Below, piece after piece: positions 63,901 through 64,000 of a DNA stretch of 64,000 nt; position 1 is the first letter of the stretch, and each line of letters opens with the position of its first letter. Source of the stretch: a virus. The stretch covers positions 1 through 64,000 of the IMG/VR virus record IMGVR_UViG_3300037755_000305. One strand, written 5' to 3'. Position numbers and translations under genes: made by a program. Under the pieces are notes generated by a model. That model was not told the origin of the DNA and searched no databases. It was given only the letters and a program-made list of their open reading frames with translations.

Positions 63901-64000
63901 CGATCTAGGTCGTTAGGCATCCCAGTGGGACTACAGAGCGCCCCTGTAGAGAAAATCTCTATCGTTATGCACAATCCCGGGAATGTGAGTGGAGGCGCTA
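60946..64000 (+). CDS. Large structural protein with nested sheath-like accessory domains; partial, runs off right edge, >=1018 aa
   Basis: Absent from the ORF track; translated by hand from ATG 60946 (MANKLPGVNFQ...) after SD AAGGGG, open to base 64000. Contains TNPHG and nested A-x-G-S-L-T...SGG modules. Confidence 0.85.
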   Translation, partial: MANKLPGVNFQAPLATDDLEFQQTSNGQEIQERTRLTIGAVGNFSGHFGIVDTIDPQDISTSDIERPLNVSVSADNALRVDVTTGTAVTACGNWVKLLNRITSLELASTSVGAVNVVYIEYFTEDGTERRVNKFNIDVAVRNQRPSDNDSVIGVDILGNFTDSSKYTPTRLKDIVVLAYVTVNQLADLTLDLAIDLGANNFDDNRPWFSPTDIAHQTKVGTADPTDTNPHGTSLNDLAAGRLTLYQQAVTHGMVISKDVSKPRYPGIKTEEVIAAVSFNTDGTGLVTRRARLFGSINAKYVALQHYPISIGSAYATGNPAQQISVDFVPDANILVIPTNEPIPEEGITVEYMYSEAGEPPVDPVTNDLVFLQPADSELIIADGIAVSSIPAPIISFDGSGPIPKNFRVLLDADGVLISSPQILQPPIKLSAMGTSDLPITRAMRGDAPVEIGLTRSNDVDGMSIVLNITGVDADDNPASEDLTFDYDNWSDSSIPSAEENINQFQRTSTIFSTVSTIRVVSRSSDGNDSTIIVYGDQEASVTETFKEKCPLADVFWDGLAVEGVLDARPISPNLELPRTPIYNGTGADEPGSRAWLYEDFRKPRYGDSFAGNEDPAEAKGSLTITQNELISNDDTIDLGNGKVLVAKTPAAASGSLTALQFGINVPLGSTQLIINEQGGGNVSVSTGNGYLDPDVLADEIAAGLTSNSGLGITYITSVTTQRQITITAVGGNLFTIVSSSLATLLGFSVTSPASSIQTSASQPGLNDQDTFTLSDGTTTKVFEFDVGGGGLSDITHLSVNVGGDGTEVETQAAIVSAINASSLSLTATPGLGALVEIVNDDLGASGNAPIVQSVSSGYDMFPVGMSGGTDGGANSSLGEFNVGVGTDFETTGNNIVATLADLVFDSDITGTRTGNVVNLIRNAGGVSNNKIVGTFVNVAPEPIDIDGFSGGAGRYLATSPDSFAEGLRTRIPRANTDLDSVSHKYRSRSLGIPVGLQSAPVEKISIVMHNPGNVSGGA

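Noticed and set aside
1-64000. Stop-codon reassignment as in some large phages
   Set aside because: Long genes are intact under the standard code, and TAA, TAG and TGA all terminate recognisable genes at coupled junctions.
1-64000. tRNA, rRNA or CRISPR array
   Set aside because: Intergenic gaps are short (mostly <100 nt, largest about 170 nt); no cloverleaf or repeat-spacer pattern seen by eye. tRNAscan-SE and a CRISPR finder would confirm.

Overview
This window looks like a 64-kb internal fragment of a large dsDNA bacteriophage with a contractile tail (myovirus-type, probably jumbo-sized). Coding is dense and uses the standard genetic code. I saw no tRNA, rRNA or CRISPR array. Layout: (i) 1-5772 is a minus-strand block with a MoxR AAA+ ATPase and a HExxH-metallopeptidase/VWA partner that runs off the left edge and is missing from the ORF track. 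(ii) From 5867 everything is on the + strand. It begins with nucleotide and DNA metabolism genes: dCMP deaminase, ATP-dependent ligase, MazG-like, DHH phosphoesterase and an SF2 helicase. (iii) 12497-26616 is an apparently coupled run: patatin, PhoH, then a 14-gene glycan building and decoration island, ending in a triple-LamG lectin-like protein. The island holds five glycosyltransferase-like genes, an ADP-heptose epimerase (HldD), two sulfotransferases, a pyruvyltransferase, two methyltransferases, a 2OG-Fe dioxygenase, a Rieske protein and MgtC. (iv) 26626-37040 is a bacterial-style replication block: degenerate DnaC-like, DnaB, 5'-3' exonuclease, UvrD, DEDDh exonuclease and a probable beta-clamp. 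(v) 37082-64000 is a baseplate and tail-fibre module, with a last ORF running off the right edge that is also missing from the track. The best candidate for an undescribed system is the heptose/sulfate/pyruvate glycan island. It sits behind the same TTATCTCT gene-boundary motif that precedes the structural modules, which suggests virion (or host-surface) glycosylation. All family calls come from motifs recognised by eye; no database search was run.
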